A DNA stretch of 34,478 nt from a virus (taxonomy: Duplodnaviria > Caudoviricetes): IMG/VR virus record IMGVR_UViG_3300011433_000007, positions 1 through 34,478 of that record; one strand, written 5' to 3'. Below the pieces are notes generated by a model. The model was not told where the DNA came from. It saw nothing but the letters and a program-made list of their open reading frames with translations, and made no database searches. Shown piece by piece: positions 15,833 to 24,561 of the stretch. A program made the translations under genes and the position numbers. The first letter of the stretch is position 1; the number at the start of each line of letters is the position of its first letter.

Positions 15833-17557
15833 CTAGAATTGCAAGGCATCGACGTTTAACTGGTCGGTATCTAGCACAAACCCAGACGTCAGCGGCGGTA
15901 CGGTCGCGAGCCCCCACGTACAGGTGAGTAGCCCGCGATCCTCAACGGTGAGATCCACGGAATGGATCAGCGCCGTCACGCTCGATAAGCCGGTTAAGGA
16001 TTCCGTGATGGTGATGACGTCGCCTGGTTCACGCGCCAAGACCTGCGTCATAAAGTTCGTGGAATAGTTGCCCACGATGGTAATGGAGTTCACCTGATCG
16101 TCCAGGTCGTTGTATTGGTCTTCTAGTTTCGTCGCCCACTCTTGCGCGATCTGGGCATTGCTGAGATAGGGTGAGTCAATATTGATAGGTCGATCCCCAT
16201 AGGACTGCACGCTAATAGCCTCATATGTTTGAGGTCCGTGATCGCGTAGCACTTTACCGACAATCGTCAAAGCAATGATGTAAATCGTAGTCGTCGGCTC
16301 GGCACTGGTGATGTCGATCTTCATCGTCGTGGCAAACGTCGTCTTGACGACGCTTTCATTCACCGCCACGCCACCAGTGAGCGGGTTATCCGATGCCTCG
16401 TACTCGCCGAATGCCTCGATCGGATCCGGAATGCCACCGACACCAATAGACCGGTCATTCGGATCTGTAAAGTTTGTCCACACCTCCACGGTCTCTAATG
16501 GCGGCACCACAATCGGTTCAGACAACCGATACAACTCCTCTGTGTAGTCGGATGACACGCTACGTTTATGGATCGTGACACGGACATGGTTGTACACGTT
16601 ACCGAGATCGGTGGGGATGGACACGCCTTGCATGGAATCAGAGAAGGTAAACTGGCTGGTCTTTGTCGAGCGCGTCTGTCTCGACTCTTTTGTCAGCGTC
16701 CCGTCCCCTTTCATATAGATCAAGGTGTATGGCGAACTGAGCGCCAGGTCCCGCATGATGCTGACCGCCTTGACACCGTCGCCAATGTTGTCGAACACAT
16801 AGGGAAGCGTCTCCATGCCAGTGTCAATACTTCGGAGCACGGGCTGGGCCGCAGTCGGCAACGAATCTAATAACGTCGTCAGTGCGGTGGATTCGTTGGT
16901 ATTAATAAGAAGTGACACGCGCCGCACATCAGCGGCCACGAGGTCGCGCATCCCGTCGTACGAGGTCACAAGGACACTTCGCTCCCCTTTGGGATTCGCC
17001 TGCGGCTCAATCGTATGGACCTTGCCCCGATGCTTCACATACGCCTTGCGGGACGTGATCGTTCCAGTCGCGGGCGTGGTCGGAGTGCCCACCACGGTGA
17101 ACGTGTACGCGTTCGCCGTCGTGACCGTAATCCGCCACGTCCCGTTGTACTCAGGTTGCACGGCTCCAGAGATCGTCACGTAGTCGCCTGTCGCCTTGCC
17201 ATGCGTGGTATGCGCCACCGTCGCCGTCTGGCTTGAACGGGTGATGGTCACCGTCGTCGCCGTGTCACTGGGATGCGAGAACACCACCTGACACGCAATC
17301 CCAAACGTCCAGCCAGTCCGCTTGCTGGCGTGCAAGGGCGAGTAATACCCGAGCACGAGTCCACTATTGCGCGCATCGTTCCGCATCACGAACGTACACG
17401 TTCCTGTACTCGCCACGCAATCCGTTGGGCCGTTGCCATCAATGCCGTAATGGATCGCGATTCCGGCCGACTGGTTCACATCAGACGACGCCACTTCAGA
17501 CCAGATCCCAGTCGTGAACTGCATCTCGACCCGAACAGCCGGAAGGGCGGTCGGCAT
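15833..17557 (-). CDS. Tail hub / baseplate protein
   Basis: Directly after the tape measure (TAATG); beta/Thr-rich; VYNHVRV and REPGDVITI hub-like motifs. Confidence 0.75.
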   Translation of the reverse strand: MPTALPAVRVEMQFTTGIWSEVASSDVNQSAGIAIHYGIDGNGPTDCVASTGTCTFVMRNDARNSGLVLGYYSPLHASKRTGWTFGIACQVVFSHPSDTATTVTITRSSQTATVAHTTHGKATGDYVTISGAVQPEYNGTWRITVTTANAYTFTVVGTPTTPATGTITSRKAYVKHRGKVHTIEPQANPKGERSVLVTSYDGMRDLVAADVRRVSLLINTNESTALTTLLDSLPTAAQPVLRSIDTGMETLPYVFDNIGDGVKAVSIMRDLALSSPYTLIYMKGDGTLTKESRQTRSTKTSQFTFSDSMQGVSIPTDLGNVYNHVRVTIHKRSVSSDYTEELYRLSEPIVVPPLETVEVWTNFTDPNDRSIGVGGIPDPIEAFGEYEASDNPLTGGVAVNESVVKTTFATTMKIDITSAEPTTTIYIIALTIVGKVLRDHGPQTYEAISVQSYGDRPINIDSPYLSNAQIAQEWATKLEDQYNDLDDQVNSITIVGNYSTNFMTQVLAREPGDVITITESLTGLSSVTALIHSVDLTVEDRGLLTCTWGLATVPPLTSGFVLDTDQLNVDALQF

Positions 17558-20229
17558 TACCGGACCAACGCCATCGCGTCCTGCAGGCCGATCTTGATGC
17601 CCTGAATCAGAAGCTTGTTTCGCAGGGCGAAGTCTCGCCGCAGCGCCACCAGTTCATCTTTCAGGGCGCCCACATCGGAGCCGCCAGAGCGGTCGAACTG
17701 CTTGTTCGCCCCAGAGAAGGCAAACTCTTCACGGCCCGCTTCCCCTGCCAGAAACAACGTCGGCTTGGTGACGACACCAGATCCGCCCATCGCCTGCGGA
17801 ATGACCGGGACACGCGGCGCCGAGCTGTTGCTGTTGTCTCCGTAGTCAGGCACCTCTGGTGGAGGCGGCCAGTCCTCCCACGGGGCGTCTGGCTTCGGGA
17901 TCTTCTTCAGCGCCACCCCCAGGCTGTTGGCGATGATGTCAGTGAGCTTCTTGACTTCATCGATGAGCGACTTGAAGCCCTCCGTCATGGTCATGGCGAA
18001 GGAGATGCCTGACTCTTCCAAGTTCTCAATCTTGTTGCCGTTCGCGTCGAGCAATGTGCCGTTCTGGATCATGGCCTCGAGCATCGGCCGCATCGCTTCT
18101 GGCACTTCCGTCCCCATCTTCAGCGCGTTCTTCACGTACTCGTTCACGCTGCCCGCCATCTTCTGGAGCACCTTGGCGTGGTCGGCACCCGCCGAGATCA
18201 GGAGCTGGTAGTCCTTCCACAACTCCTGGGCTTTCTTGTCCAGCTCCTGCTTGGCCCATGCGGGGCCGAGGTCTTCGATGGTTAAGCCGTATTTCTTCGC
18301 CACCTCATCGACGGACTGCATCGCCGTCGCCTGCAGGCCCAACGCTTTGTTAATCTCCTCAATCTGCGCCTTCGTGCTGGCGAGGTCGTTCCGGCCGGTC
18401 TGCTGCGTCAACCGCTTCCACATGCGCTCGCCCTCTTCACCGAGGGCACCGAGCTTCGCGCGCAACGCATCGTAACTGCCGAAGCTGTCCACGATCGCGT
18501 CCTTGGTCTTATTGCCGAACAGGCTCCCAATCCAGCCGGCGAGTTTTTCAAAGGCCGGACCGATCAGCGCCCCGATACCGGGGATCGCCGCGCCCAGCGC
18601 CCCGCCAATCGTGGACCCGAACACCTTCTTCAACCCATCCGTGGCTTTTTGGGTAGCCTTCGCAAATGCACCACCCTCGCCAAATAATCCGCTGCCAATT
18701 TCAGCGCCGAGTGCGTTTATGGCCCCCTTGACTCCGCCGCCACCGGTAAACGCCGCCACGAGTAAACTTGGAAGCTTGGCGAGGCTCTTGGTGAAGACGT
18801 TGACTTTCTCGCCGACGTAAATAACGCCCTTGCCCAAGTCGCCTAGTGAGACCGCCGCTACGGGAATCGCGTGTCCAAATGCGTCCGTCTTAATTTGCGC
18901 GGCTGTGAGCGCCTTGGAATAGTCGTTACTGACCGTCACAAACTCCGAGGTCCGCATAATCAGCGGGGAGGTATTATTGGCCACCGCAAGCGCGGCTTGA
19001 CCCAGCTTAAAGTAGCCGTACCGGATCCGCTCTAACGATGCGTCCACTATTTCGGCGGCCTTCTTGGACTCCTCGGCGGCCTTCTTCTCGACCTGTTCGC
19101 GCTTCTTCGCGGCCTCACTGATCTGGTCGTTCATCTCCTTCGCGACACGGGCCACCTCGTCCATGTCTGCGATCCAGGCCTTCGTCAGGGGGCGAAGATT
19201 CGTGGGCGGCTTTGGAGGATCGAGCGCGGGCATGGGCGAGCCCTTGATGTAGTCGTACAGGTTCTTGTACGCCAGCAATCGCAGGCCCATGTCTGCGATC
19301 CATGACTTCGTGCCCTTCGAGACGCGGTCCTTTAAGTCATCCCACATGTCTCCGATGAGATCGAGCCCCTTTACCTGTGCGTCGGATAGCGTTCTGGCGT
19401 TCTCTGCTACCTTCTTAGCGTCTTCCGTCATCGACGCCGCAACCTTGCTGAATGTCTTACCGAACAGATCCGTGGACGCGTTCGCCGCTTCCACCGGATC
19501 CTCAATCTTTTGAATTGCGATGCCGATCTCAAGCATCATGTCGGCAGGTTTGAGTTGGCGCAGCTTGGCGTAGTCCAGCCCTAATTTCTCAATCGCATCT
19601 TTCCCGGCCTTGCTGTCGAGGTTTTTGAAGAGGGCCTGTGCCGCCAGCGCCATGTCATCCAGCGACACGCTGGCTGGCCGTCCAACAGCTTCCAACTTCT
19701 GAAGGTCTTGCACAGACACGCGCGTCCTTGCGCTGAGGTTGCTGAGTGCGTCGGCATAATCCAGCGACGATGTCACAGCATCCTTCAGGAACGCGACCAA
19801 CTGGACCGCGATGAACCCCTTCGCGAGCGTCGTCAGCGTGGCAAGCGCCCCACCCCAGCCCTTGGAGGCTGTATCTGCGGCCTTCGTTTCCACACCGACG
19901 TTCTTTGTGGCATCGGCCAACTTCTGAATCTCTGGCGGAACTTCTTTCCCGAGTTTTTTCAGCTTCTCGATCGCCTCACTGGTCGCCGCAGACACGCGGC
20001 GCATTTCAGTCTCGGTCAACTTGCTCACGTTCTCGACGTCGCCGATGGCCTTCGCCATCAACGTCGCTTCCTGGATGATCTTCTTGCCGGAGAACGACTC
20101 CGCCATGCGGCTAAGGGATTTATCAACCTTGGCCGCGCCGGTCTCTAGATCCTTAAGCTGTACCTCGGCCTGCTCCACCGCTTTGGTGAATGAGCTGAAA
20201 TTCGCTGTGAAGGTCGCGTTGATTGCCAC
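17557..20229 (-). CDS. Tape measure protein
   Basis: 890 aa, Ala/Lys-rich helical with Gly-rich hydrophobic segments; follows the tail chaperones. Confidence 0.92.
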   Translation of the reverse strand: MAINATFTANFSSFTKAVEQAEVQLKDLETGAAKVDKSLSRMAESFSGKKIIQEATLMAKAIGDVENVSKLTETEMRRVSAATSEAIEKLKKLGKEVPPEIQKLADATKNVGVETKAADTASKGWGGALATLTTLAKGFIAVQLVAFLKDAVTSSLDYADALSNLSARTRVSVQDLQKLEAVGRPASVSLDDMALAAQALFKNLDSKAGKDAIEKLGLDYAKLRQLKPADMMLEIGIAIQKIEDPVEAANASTDLFGKTFSKVAASMTEDAKKVAENARTLSDAQVKGLDLIGDMWDDLKDRVSKGTKSWIADMGLRLLAYKNLYDYIKGSPMPALDPPKPPTNLRPLTKAWIADMDEVARVAKEMNDQISEAAKKREQVEKKAAEESKKAAEIVDASLERIRYGYFKLGQAALAVANNTSPLIMRTSEFVTVSNDYSKALTAAQIKTDAFGHAIPVAAVSLGDLGKGVIYVGEKVNVFTKSLAKLPSLLVAAFTGGGGVKGAINALGAEIGSGLFGEGGAFAKATQKATDGLKKVFGSTIGGALGAAIPGIGALIGPAFEKLAGWIGSLFGNKTKDAIVDSFGSYDALRAKLGALGEEGERMWKRLTQQTGRNDLASTKAQIEEINKALGLQATAMQSVDEVAKKYGLTIEDLGPAWAKQELDKKAQELWKDYQLLISAGADHAKVLQKMAGSVNEYVKNALKMGTEVPEAMRPMLEAMIQNGTLLDANGNKIENLEESGISFAMTMTEGFKSLIDEVKKLTDIIANSLGVALKKIPKPDAPWEDWPPPPEVPDYGDNSNSSAPRVPVIPQAMGGSGVVTKPTLFLAGEAGREEFAFSGANKQFDRSGGSDVGALKDELVALRRDFALRNKLLIQGIKIGLQDAMALVR

Positions 20230-20230
20230 G

Positions 20231-20380
20231 CTATCCCTTGGCCGCCTTGTTCATCATCTGGATCACCGCGTCGTAGTCATCGAGTGACAGGGCACGCACG
20301 TCGTCTACTGTCCAACCAGGGAAGAATCGGCAGATATTGAGGTCGCTGGTGATGTAGTCGGCGTGCCCCGGACGTTTTTT
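20231..20380 (-). CDS. Tail assembly chaperone gpT part (-1 frameshift extension)
   Basis: The -1 frame reads KKRPGHADYITSDLNICRFFPGWTVDDVRALSLDDYDAVIQMMNKAAKG* and ends 1 nt before the TMP start. Confidence 0.8.
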   Translation of the reverse strand, partial: KKRPGHADYITSDLNICRFFPGWTVDDVRALSLDDYDAVIQMMNKAAKG

Positions 20381-20724
20381 CTTTCTTCCCGCGCCTTGTC
20401 CGCGGCTTCGTCATGGGCATCCACGGCCGCCATGATCTCGCTGTAGGTGTCTGGATCCACGTTGTCCAACGCGGACGCGCTGAACGGCACCGGCTTGTCA
20501 GCCGCGTCCCTCAGCGACCACGCCACGACGTATTCCAGGATCTTGGTCTTCCCGACCTGCTCCGGATTCAGTTCCGGCTTCTCGCCCGCCTGCATCGTCT
20601 TCACGAGGCCCGTAAAGATGCGCCGCTGTTCCCCGGCATTGAGCTCGCGCTTCAGCTCCAACCAGTCGCCGTCTGACAACGGCACTCGGACCACGTCTGG
20701 GACTACGAATCTCGATCTCGCCAT
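20305..20724 (-). CDS. Tail assembly chaperone gpG
   Basis: Position between tube and TMP; VVAWSL motif; slippery site; AGGAG RBS. Confidence 0.85.
   Translation of the reverse strand: MARSRFVVPDVVRVPLSDGDWLELKRELNAGEQRRIFTGLVKTMQAGEKPELNPEQVGKTKILEYVVAWSLRDAADKPVPFSASALDNVDPDTYSEIMAAVDAHDEAADKAREERKNVRGTPTTSPATSISADSSLVGQ
20374..20380 (-). other. Programmed -1 frameshift slippery site A-AAA-AAC
   Basis: In-frame AGA AAA AAC fits X-XXY-YYZ near the 3' end of the chaperone gene. Confidence 0.8.
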
Positions 20725-20729
20725 CGGAC

Positions 20730-20978
20730 CTACTCCTGCACGAGAGACGCACTGAACGTCTTTCCCGTGATCTGCAAGCTAGACACTGTCCATACCCACG
20801 GCCCACTCGGCCGAGGTACCACGAACTTCAGTGGCGCTTGCGTCACCATGAAGTCGTCCGCCGACACCACCGTCGCAGTGACGGTCGCTCCACTCATCTC
20901 CCACGATTCGAGGACGGCGGCCTGATGCCACCCCCAGCGCAGTTCGGCCGCCGCCCCTTTCATCGCGAGCTCGTTCAT
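20730..20978 (-). CDS. 82-aa beta-rich tail-associated protein
   Basis: ATG 20978 in TAATG context; MNELAMKGAAAELRWGWHQAAVLESWEM... Confidence 0.7.
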   Translation of the reverse strand: MNELAMKGAAAELRWGWHQAAVLESWEMSGATVTATVVSADDFMVTQAPLKFVVPRPSGPWVWTVSSLQITGKTFSASLVQE

Positions 20979-21010
20979 TACAGGTTCACCTGCACAGACA
21001 GTCGCGGCGT

Positions 21011-21016
21011 TATAAT
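21011..21016 (+). promoter_or_regulatory. -10 box TATAAT for a leaderless HNH transcript
   Basis: Perfect TATAAT 6 nt before ATG 21023; no SD; no clear -35. Confidence 0.55.
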
Positions 21017-21022
21017 TAGTGA

Positions 21023-21589
21023 ATGAATACGCCGAAAACATGCCTGTACTGCCATGGAGCAATCACGACAAGAAACCAGCGTTACTGCTCGAAGCGATGC
21101 ACGCTTGAAGGCAGGAAAGCGTCCACGCCTCCAATTGAAGTGCGAGTGTTGAAATACCTTCCGCTTGCCTTGCCATCCGATGTCTGTTGGGAATGGACCG
21201 GAACTAGAGACCGCAAAGGTTACGGAGTCATCGATGACAGACGGATGCGCCAAATACGCATCACGAGATTCATGTTCGAGAGAACACATGGACCGCTGGG
21301 CGTAGGCATGTGCGTACTTCATAAATGCGACAACCCGCCGTGTGTAAACCCGAACCATCTGTTCGCAGGCACGAAAGGTGAGAACAACTCCGACCGCGAC
21401 AGAAAGATGCGCCACCAGCACGGCATGAAACATTGGAAAGCCAAGCTGACCGACTCTGACATCCCCGTTATTCGACAGTTGCTGCAGGACGAACGTCTTA
21501 CGTTGTCCGACATTGGCCGGCGATACGGAGTTACCTATCAAACGATCTGCGCGATCAGAGACGGTCAGACCTGGACTCACGTTAGTTAA
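21023..21589 (+). CDS. Free-standing HNH homing endonuclease, antisense to the late operon
   Basis: N-term CxxC...YCS..C; CWEWTG...GYG; VLHKCDNPPCVNPNHLF.GT..EN; C-term HTH AKLT...IG..YGV....I..I..G.TW.HV. Confidence 0.92.
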   Translation: MNTPKTCLYCHGAITTRNQRYCSKRCTLEGRKASTPPIEVRVLKYLPLALPSDVCWEWTGTRDRKGYGVIDDRRMRQIRITRFMFERTHGPLGVGMCVLHKCDNPPCVNPNHLFAGTKGENNSDRDRKMRHQHGMKHWKAKLTDSDIPVIRQLLQDERLTLSDIGRRYGVTYQTICAIRDGQTWTHVS

Positions 21590-21592
21590 TTC

Positions 21593-21994
21593 TCAAAGGT
21601 TGACATACCAACTGTTCGCGGCCACGAAATTGCCCGAGACCGTCACGGCGCCATTGACCGGCGCTTCGATCGACACGGACAGCCACGCGACCCCGTACGC
21701 GTACTTCGTCGGTGCCGTCGAGCTGGGATACAGGTACACCTTCACACCGTTCGTGGAGATCGCGCCTGCGAACGGCTTCGTTTCCGTGTCATCCCACGAC
21801 CCGCTGATCGTGCCCGAGAGATTGGGCAACCCCTGCACGAACGTCTTGTTCGTGTCGCCGAACGCCGTGACCTCGAACGTGTCAGAACTGCGATCTAGCG
21901 TCCACGTGTTCAACTTGATGCACTGAGTCGCCACACCCGTGGACGACTCAATCGCCAGATACACCGCCCCTGATTTACCTGCGTATGCAGCCAT
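21593..21994 (-). CDS. Major tail (tube) protein
   Basis: AGGAG RBS; WTLD...EVTAFGD..KTFV.GL...SGTISG tube-type motif. Confidence 0.85.
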   Translation of the reverse strand: MAAYAGKSGAVYLAIESSTGVATQCIKLNTWTLDRSSDTFEVTAFGDTNKTFVQGLPNLSGTISGSWDDTETKPFAGAISTNGVKVYLYPSSTAPTKYAYGVAWLSVSIEAPVNGAVTVSGNFVAANSWYVNL

Positions 21995-22014
21995 TGGTTA
22001 GAAGCTCCTGCGGC

Positions 22015-23106
22015 TCATGCGGCCGCCAATGAAAGGAGCTGTTGTAGATCCCCGAGCACCGTCTTGGTGCGGTGAATCCACGAAGCCTCTGCCACGCGGG
22101 CAGGGAGTGCCGCCGCCAGTCGAGATCGGCCGGCGTCATCCGCCAGCCAGCGTCGAATTAAGGCTGCCGCCTCAATCGGAGAGCGGAACATCGGCACGCT
22201 GTCGCCGAAGACTTCCACTGATTCCGATCGGTAGTCCGAGAGAAAGAACGTGCCGCACGCCGCTAATTCATAGGCGCGCGGATTGATGGATTCTGCATGG
22301 GCAATCTGTGCGGCGTCCGGCCCCCACCCTTGCGAGGTGCGATATAGGTTCAGGCCGATCTTCGCGCGGCGATACAACAGCGTGGCTTGCTCGTTCGCGA
22401 TCGGCCCGCCCTGCAGACACTTCCGAACCTGCGGATTCAGCCGCGACTTTTCCCACGACCCGTACAGGCCGAGATCGATCCCGCTCCAGTCGATGGAGTT
22501 GAACCAGCGCACCCGCTCTCGGAACGCCGTCCCCACGAACACCACGTCATGCGCCGGCACGCTGTCATCAATCGGCAGATCCGTCCGATGCACCATCGGG
22601 TTGAACGCATGCGGGAGATACCCGAATCTCGGATTCACCGCACGAAAGGTCTTGACCACGCTGCGCTCGTTCGTCCATCCGCCATCCACGATCTGCGCCA
22701 CCTTGATCTCAGAGTCGTGATCGTACGGAGACTCGGTGAACAACACGACCACCCTGACGCCGGCGTCTTTCAACATGACGATCACGTCCGGATGCAACAG
22801 CATCGCGGAGACCACCAGCACGACGTCCACGTGATGGCGCAGCGCCATCTCGAGCGCCCCAATGCTCGCGTGGTAGCTCATATCCACGGCGTTGGGCTTT
22901 TCGAGATCGGGCTGGGTTTTCTTGAGCCGACGCCAGCGGTAATGCAACGCGGCACGGGAATCATCCAGGCGTTGATCGAGGCGGTACTGCACCACGTCCA
23001 CGTCGTGAAACGTCAGCCCGTGGTAAAGCCCCCAGTACACTTCCGCCGTAGCCCAACTCGCCCCCGGATGCGCGAGCAAAATCTTGAGCTTTCGCCGCGG
23101 CGTCAT
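22015..23106 (-). CDS. GT-B glycosyltransferase, CgeB / Glyco_trans_1_2-like
   Basis: ESPY, YLPHAFNP..H, DVVFVG...ER, YRRAKIGLN.YR, NPRAYELAACG.F.LSD; ATG 23106 with ATGA overlap. Confidence 0.88.
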   Translation of the reverse strand: MTPRRKLKILLAHPGASWATAEVYWGLYHGLTFHDVDVVQYRLDQRLDDSRAALHYRWRRLKKTQPDLEKPNAVDMSYHASIGALEMALRHHVDVVLVVSAMLLHPDVIVMLKDAGVRVVVLFTESPYDHDSEIKVAQIVDGGWTNERSVVKTFRAVNPRFGYLPHAFNPMVHRTDLPIDDSVPAHDVVFVGTAFRERVRWFNSIDWSGIDLGLYGSWEKSRLNPQVRKCLQGGPIANEQATLLYRRAKIGLNLYRTSQGWGPDAAQIAHAESINPRAYELAACGTFFLSDYRSESVEVFGDSVPMFRSPIEAAALIRRWLADDAGRSRLAAALPARVAEASWIHRTKTVLGDLQQLLSLAAA

Positions 23107-23834
23107 GCCGCCCCCAGCAAGGACCGCACGACCGTGGGCGCGCACGCCGCGCACACGACGTCGGCGTCCATGTCTTCGAGGAAACCGGGTTCACCACAGC
23201 CGCGGCAATCCACAAAGCCTTTGTGATAGCCCTCGGGTGGGCGCGCAATCACCAGGCAGTCCTTCATCCAGATCGGCTTCTGGCCAGTCTTGGCCACCAT
23301 GTCCGCGATCCAGTCGAAGTCCACTTCACACCGCCGCTCGGCACTCACGGGCACCAGGCAGGCACGCGGAGCGGCCACGCAGCAGCCGGAGATGTTCGCC
23401 ACACGCAAGTCCCTGTCGATCCAGAGCCGAAACCGCATCCCTGGCCGGCTCGGCACCATGTCAGGCGGAGCGAGGAACTGAAACAGCACGCAGCGGTTCG
23501 GCTGGAGCTTCTGTCTCAGCCGCGCGATCGCCCCGTCCACATACACGTCGTCATCGCCCAACGCGCAGAAGAAGTCGCCCGTGGCGAGCTCGATGGCCTT
23601 GTTCAGTTGCGGATTGCCATAGAACGCATAGCCACCGTTGTGCGCGACGAAGGTGAAGCCGTAGGACTCCACGAGCGCCTGGACGCGCGGTATCTGCATC
23701 TGCGCCACGAACGTATCCAGCACAATCAGGACTTGATCGTTCGGCTGCAGGGCTTGCCGTTTGATGGACTCGAGCGTGTCCACCAACGTGTCACGGCCCA
23801 TCGTCGGCACGCAGATGGTCAGGCTCGGACTCAT
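23103..23834 (-). CDS. GT2 (GT-A) glycosyltransferase with C-terminal Zn ribbon
   Basis: LTICVPT.GR..L..TLESI..Q, N.AIELATGDF...LGDDD (DxD); CRGC...CAAC. Confidence 0.88.
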   Translation of the reverse strand: MSPSLTICVPTMGRDTLVDTLESIKRQALQPNDQVLIVLDTFVAQMQIPRVQALVESYGFTFVAHNGGYAFYGNPQLNKAIELATGDFFCALGDDDVYVDGAIARLRQKLQPNRCVLFQFLAPPDMVPSRPGMRFRLWIDRDLRVANISGCCVAAPRACLVPVSAERRCEVDFDWIADMVAKTGQKPIWMKDCLVIARPPEGYHKGFVDCRGCGEPGFLEDMDADVVCAACAPTVVRSLLGAA

Positions 23835-24247
23835 GACTGCGACACCACCAGACCGTGACGCTGCACCATGTCGATCAACTTCACGTACATCTGCCGGCGG
23901 GCACGGATCGCGATCGGGATCATCTTTTGCGAATCTGGGACGACACGCTGTTCTTTTGGGCCAGTTCCGCCAGGTTTCTTGCCGCGGTAGCCGTTCTCAA
24001 AGAGATTGGCGTGGAAGGCATTGCTCTTGACGCGCGCACTCACGCCACCGTGACCGATGGCTTCCACGGTGGTCGTCACACCACGCCGCAAGTTGCCTGT
24101 CGGCCCTTGCGGGTACGCCGCCTTCGTGTCGCGCTCGGCCGACTTCGCGGCTTCAATGACGATGTTCGAGGCCTCGCCCGTCAACTCTGCCGGCAGGTTA
24201 TGCAGGGCGTTCTTGAACTCCTGTAAGCCCGTCCACGTCACAGGCAT
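23831..24247 (-). CDS. HK97 gp10-like neck/tail-completion protein
   Basis: GLQEF...L, P..PTGNLRR, A.LFE.G; TGATG coupling. Confidence 0.85.
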   Translation of the reverse strand: MPVTWTGLQEFKNALHNLPAELTGEASNIVIEAAKSAERDTKAAYPQGPTGNLRRGVTTTVEAIGHGGVSARVKSNAFHANLFENGYRGKKPGGTGPKEQRVVPDSQKMIPIAIRARRQMYVKLIDMVQRHGLVVSQS

Positions 24248-24561
24248 CAGGGCGCCACCTCTTCAGCGAGGAGCACCATCTCGTCCCCGGCTTCGTTCAC
24301 CGACTGCACCCCGCGCACGTAGAAGTCCCGCGTCCGATTGATCCGCGCATCGACGTACTGCACCCGCGTGTCAATGGTCACTTCGGGATGGAAGCGCATC
24401 CGGATCTGATGGTCCTGTGCGCGGTTCCCGGAACTGCCAGGAGGCAACGGCTCGATCGCGGCCCAGATGCCTTCGGGAGTCAACGGCGTCCCGCGCGTGT
24501 CGTCCTCCGTGTCCGGCCACCGCGCCAGCGTCACCCACTTGTTGCAGGGACCCGCGCGCAT
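24247..24561 (-). CDS. Head-closure (stopper; SPP1 gp16-like) protein
   Basis: MRAG...VTL, WAAIEPL, HQIRMRF; ATG 24561 in TGATG overlap. Confidence 0.85.
   Translation of the reverse strand: MRAGPCNKWVTLARWPDTEDDTRGTPLTPEGIWAAIEPLPPGSSGNRAQDHQIRMRFHPEVTIDTRVQYVDARINRTRDFYVRGVQSVNEAGDEMVLLAEEVAP

Noticed and set aside
20978-21580. 200-aa minus-strand ORF
   Set aside because: Antisense shadow of the clear HNH gene; only its last codons are informative, as a junction relic.
20978-21600. Group I intron carrying the HNH within the tail-tube gene
   Set aside because: The HNH is antisense and fills nearly the whole insert, leaving no room for a ribozyme core; the tube ORF has its own stop.
22015-23834. 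Serotype-conversion (gtrABC) cassette
   Set aside because: No flippase or membrane GT, no own promoter, and the genes are coupled within the late operon.
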